In this document: positions 61,226 through 64,000 of the stretch, in pieces
Position numbering within the stretch: the first letter of the stretch is position 1
Layout of the letters: the number at the start of each line of letters is the position of its first letter
Assembly (NCBI GenBank): GCA_963850305.1
Contig: CAWKKR010000002.1
Location: forward strand, 64,001 to 128,000
Direction of reading: 5' to 3'
DNA: 64,000 bases
From: an uncultured delta proteobacterium
GTDB taxonomy: Bacteria > Myxococcota_A > Polyangia > Polyangiales > Polyangiaceae
Notes under the pieces: model-generated
Told to the model about the DNA's origin: nothing
The model's input: only the letters and a program-made list of their open reading frames with translations
The model's database searches: none
Made by a program: the position numbers and the translations under genes

Positions 61226-62389
61226 ATGGTGGACGACCAGGGAGCGAGGGCGAAAGGCGGCACCGGTTTGCCCGCCAGCGCTCCGACCGGCGGAACCCCG
61301 TCGCCCGAGGGGCCACCTCCGGCGAGAGGCGCGCGGTGGGGCGAGCCGCTCATGGCCGCCGACCGTGTCTGGACCGGATTCGAGACGTGGCTCGCCTTCG
61401 TCGCGTTCTCCCTCGAGGTTCTCTCGATGTCTCTCTGGGTTGCGCTGAAGGCGTTTTCGGCTTCGTCGGACCGCTCCGCGGGCGTCGTGTTTCGCGCGAT
61501 CTTCGGTGCCCTGGTGTTCGGAGTGATCGCGCACCTGGGCCTTGGGAAGCAAAAGCCAGCGGTGCGCCGCAGCGCCACCGTCGCGGCAGTTCTGCTGGGA
61601 ATCGTCACTGCGAAAGCGTGGGCGAAATTCGGCGTCGACTACTCGTCGAATGTGCTCAATTGGTACCAGCAGGCGTCGTTTCTAACGCTTCTCGGGGGGC
61701 TCCGTGGGGTTGGAACCCGGCTCACGATGCTGCTCGCTCTCCTGGGTGCGTCGCTGGCGACCGGGCGCGGCAAGCACATCGTGATCGACATCGTCACACG
61801 GTTCGTGAGTTATCGCTCGCGCAAGCTCATGGCGCTCGTCTGCTGGGCTGCATCGGCTGTTGTCTGCCTCACTGCAGCCTGGGGGTTTTTCGACCACATA
61901 TCGATCGAAAACTTCGGCGCTCGTGCGGACGAAAGCGCACCTGCGAAGGTGGAGCAGGTCGTCGGGCAGTTAGGGGAAGACTTCTTCATCGCGCGGAAGC
62001 AACTAGCGCTGGATTTCAAATCGGTTCCGCACGTTCTCCTCAAGGGCGAGGTCTACTCGGATTGGCTCACGGGCAAGGAGTGGAATGCGTGGGTCGAGTC
62101 CGCCGGTTTCGCCGAGCGCTACGGGGAACGAGCCACCGAGGCGCTGAAGATCCCCGAGGACGAGACTCGATCGCCGCTCGTCGTCGTTCCGGGACGCGGC
62201 GAGCCTCGCGGCGAGCTCATCAACGCCGCCTATCTCGTGTTTCCCATCGGCCTGTTCGTGATCGCGATGCGATTCATCCTCCGTGGTCTCCTGGCCCTCA
62301 GCGGGCACGTCAGCGTCGACCCGGACGAGTCCGAGTGGGGCGACCCCGTGGGGTCGGATGAGGAGCAGCAAGATGCGCCATCCAGCTGA
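61226..62389 (+). CDS. TRAP transporter small permease (DctQ-like), extended
   Basis: LGASLAT..GKHIVID motif; extra TMs and a large loop; upstream of dctM. Confidence 0.72.
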   Translation: MVDDQGARAKGGTGLPASAPTGGTPSPEGPPPARGARWGEPLMAADRVWTGFETWLAFVAFSLEVLSMSLWVALKAFSASSDRSAGVVFRAIFGALVFGVIAHLGLGKQKPAVRRSATVAAVLLGIVTAKAWAKFGVDYSSNVLNWYQQASFLTLLGGLRGVGTRLTMLLALLGASLATGRGKHIVIDIVTRFVSYRSRKLMALVCWAASAVVCLTAAWGFFDHISIENFGARADESAPAKVEQVVGQLGEDFFIARKQLALDFKSVPHVLLKGEVYSDWLTGKEWNAWVESAGFAERYGERATEALKIPEDETRSPLVVVPGRGEPRGELINAAYLVFPIGLFVIAMRFILRGLLALSGHVSVDPDESEWGDPVGSDEEQQDAPSS

Positions 62390-62441
62390 GCGATTGCTCG
62401 ATGACGCCGGAGTGACGCGCGTCGCGCGGGAAGGGTAAACG

Positions 62442-64000
62442 ATGCTGCTCGTGCTCGTCGTGCTGGTATTCGCACTTCTCGGCGCGCCCGTATTCGCGAT
62501 CATGGCGGGCGCCACCCTCCTCGCGTGGCTCACGCACCACACGGCGGAGTTGCACTTCACTCGATTCATCGCCCCGGACGTGCTGGACGAGCGATTTGCC
62601 GGATCGCCGATCCTCGTCACCGTACCGCTCTTCACCTTCGTCGGCTACGTCATGGCCCACTCGAAGGCCCCCGAACGCATCGTCCGAGCGGCGAACGCGT
62701 TCTTCGGGTGGCTGCCGGGAGGACTCGCCATCGTGTGCATCGTCGCGAGCGCGTTCTTCTGTACGCTGACCGGCGGGAGCGCCGTGACGATCGTGGCCGT
62801 CGGAGGGTTGCTCTACCCGGCTCTAGTCAAGAACGGTTACCCCAAAGACTACTCGCTCGGCGTAGTGATGACGGGAGGGTCGCTGGGCCTTCTGTTGCCC
62901 CCGTCTTTGCCCATTCTCATCTACTCCCTGGTGGCGGGTATCGACTTCACCAAGGCGTTCAGGGCCGGGGTCCTCGCCGGAACGATGATGATCGGACTCT
63001 TCGCGATTCACGCGATGTACATGGGGCTGAAGCACGACATCCCGCGTACGAAGCCGAATCTCCGGGAGATGGCCCTGGCCTTCTGGGGAGTGAAGTGGGA
63101 GCTCTGCGTTCCCGCGCTCGTGCTCGGAAGTCTGGGGCTCGGCCTTGCAAGCATCGACGAGGCCGCGGCGCTCGCGACGATCTTCGTCGTGTGCGTGGAG
63201 CTCCTCGTCTATCGAGATCTGAAGCCCAAGGACATGCCCCGCCTCGCGGGAAACTCGTTCGCGCTGGCCGGCGCGCTCTTGCTGATCATGGCCATGGCCG
63301 TGGCGCTCACGAACTATCTGATCACGGAGGAAGCCCCCGCACACTTATTTGCGTGGATCACGAGTCTGGGGGTCACGAAGCGATGGCACTTTTTGGTGGC
63401 ACGGAACTTCTTGATGTACGGGATCGGCGCCGTGATGGAGGGCTTCAGCGCGATCCTGGTCGCGGTACCCCTTCTCTTGCCATTCGGTGCGAAGTTCCTC
63501 TTCTCGCCCTTTCACCTGATGATGATGTTCCTCGTCGATCTGGAGATCGCCTTCCTGAGTCCTCCGTTCGGGCAGAATCTGTTCGTCACGAGCTTTCGAT
63601 TCAGAAAGCCCATGACGTCGCTGTACAAGATCGCGCTGCCCTTCCTGGGAATCATGTTCTTCGGACTCACCATCATCATGCTCGTGCCCAAGCTGTCGAC
63701 CGTGGCCATCGAAGGCGACATTGCAGAGGAGCGGGCCAAGGCAGCGCGTCTCGACGAACCTCCGCGCGATGCCTGGATGCTGGAGTGCGTCCAGGAAGAT
63801 CGAAACAACCCGCTTCCCTGCACGGACGAAGATCGGAGAAAGTGGGGCAACGGCGGCCCTGCTCTCGATGCGCTCCAGGGGAGTGCCGTCAGCAAGGATC
63901 AACCGGACCAGGTCGAAACCGACGAAAAGCTCCTGGAAGAGCTCATGGACGACGCTGACAAGAAAGGAGCTCTCGAGAACCCCGCTCCTCCGAACGACCC
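62442..64000 (+). CDS. TRAP transporter large permease (DctM), runs off the window
   Basis: Manual translation: VPLFTFVGYVMA, LPGGLAIV, GSLGLLLPPSLP, LSPPFGQNLFV. Confidence 0.88.
   Translation, partial: MLLVLVVLVFALLGAPVFAIMAGATLLAWLTHHTAELHFTRFIAPDVLDERFAGSPILVTVPLFTFVGYVMAHSKAPERIVRAANAFFGWLPGGLAIVCIVASAFFCTLTGGSAVTIVAVGGLLYPALVKNGYPKDYSLGVVMTGGSLGLLLPPSLPILIYSLVAGIDFTKAFRAGVLAGTMMIGLFAIHAMYMGLKHDIPRTKPNLREMALAFWGVKWELCVPALVLGSLGLGLASIDEAAALATIFVVCVELLVYRDLKPKDMPRLAGNSFALAGALLLIMAMAVALTNYLITEEAPAHLFAWITSLGVTKRWHFLVARNFLMYGIGAVMEGFSAILVAVPLLLPFGAKFLFSPFHLMMMFLVDLEIAFLSPPFGQNLFVTSFRFRKPMTSLYKIALPFLGIMFFGLTIIMLVPKLSTVAIEGDIAEERAKAARLDEPPRDAWMLECVQEDRNNPLPCTDEDRRKWGNGGPALDALQGSAVSKDQPDQVETDEKLLEELMDDADKKGALENPAPPND

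Overview
High-GC bacterial DNA, most consistent with Myxococcota (Polyangiaceae-like), based on a MYXO-CTERM-type tail, Cys-rich lipoproteins, a TonB-C/TonB-dependent receptor fusion, a Ser/Thr kinase and several sigma-54 promoters. The first 39.8 kb is mostly core and envelope genes (serB, opgD-like, nagZ, glmM, folC, dut, bamD, greA, YfgM/BamB-like, pyrF, class II phosphodiesterase, orphan groEL, tRNA-Gln, tRNA-Glu). It also holds a regulatory cluster: a sigma-54 promoter, three coupled LuxR-HTH genes, and a GAF/AAA+ activator with a non-canonical GAHSTA loop that is split by an intact ISKra4-type element with a 9-bp target duplication. After tRNA-Glu lies a decayed integrative island. A tyrosine-integrase remnant reads into the tRNA, and a 15-bp copy of the tRNA 3' end recurs at 53344-53358. 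The island carries a desaturase/ferredoxin-reductase/FabR-like operon with a FabR-type box, a porin, lipoproteins and IS remnants. The window ends in a TRAP transporter. Clustered single-base frameshifts, including in bamD, suggest local sequencing errors. All calls are from reading the sequence by eye; no database searches were run.
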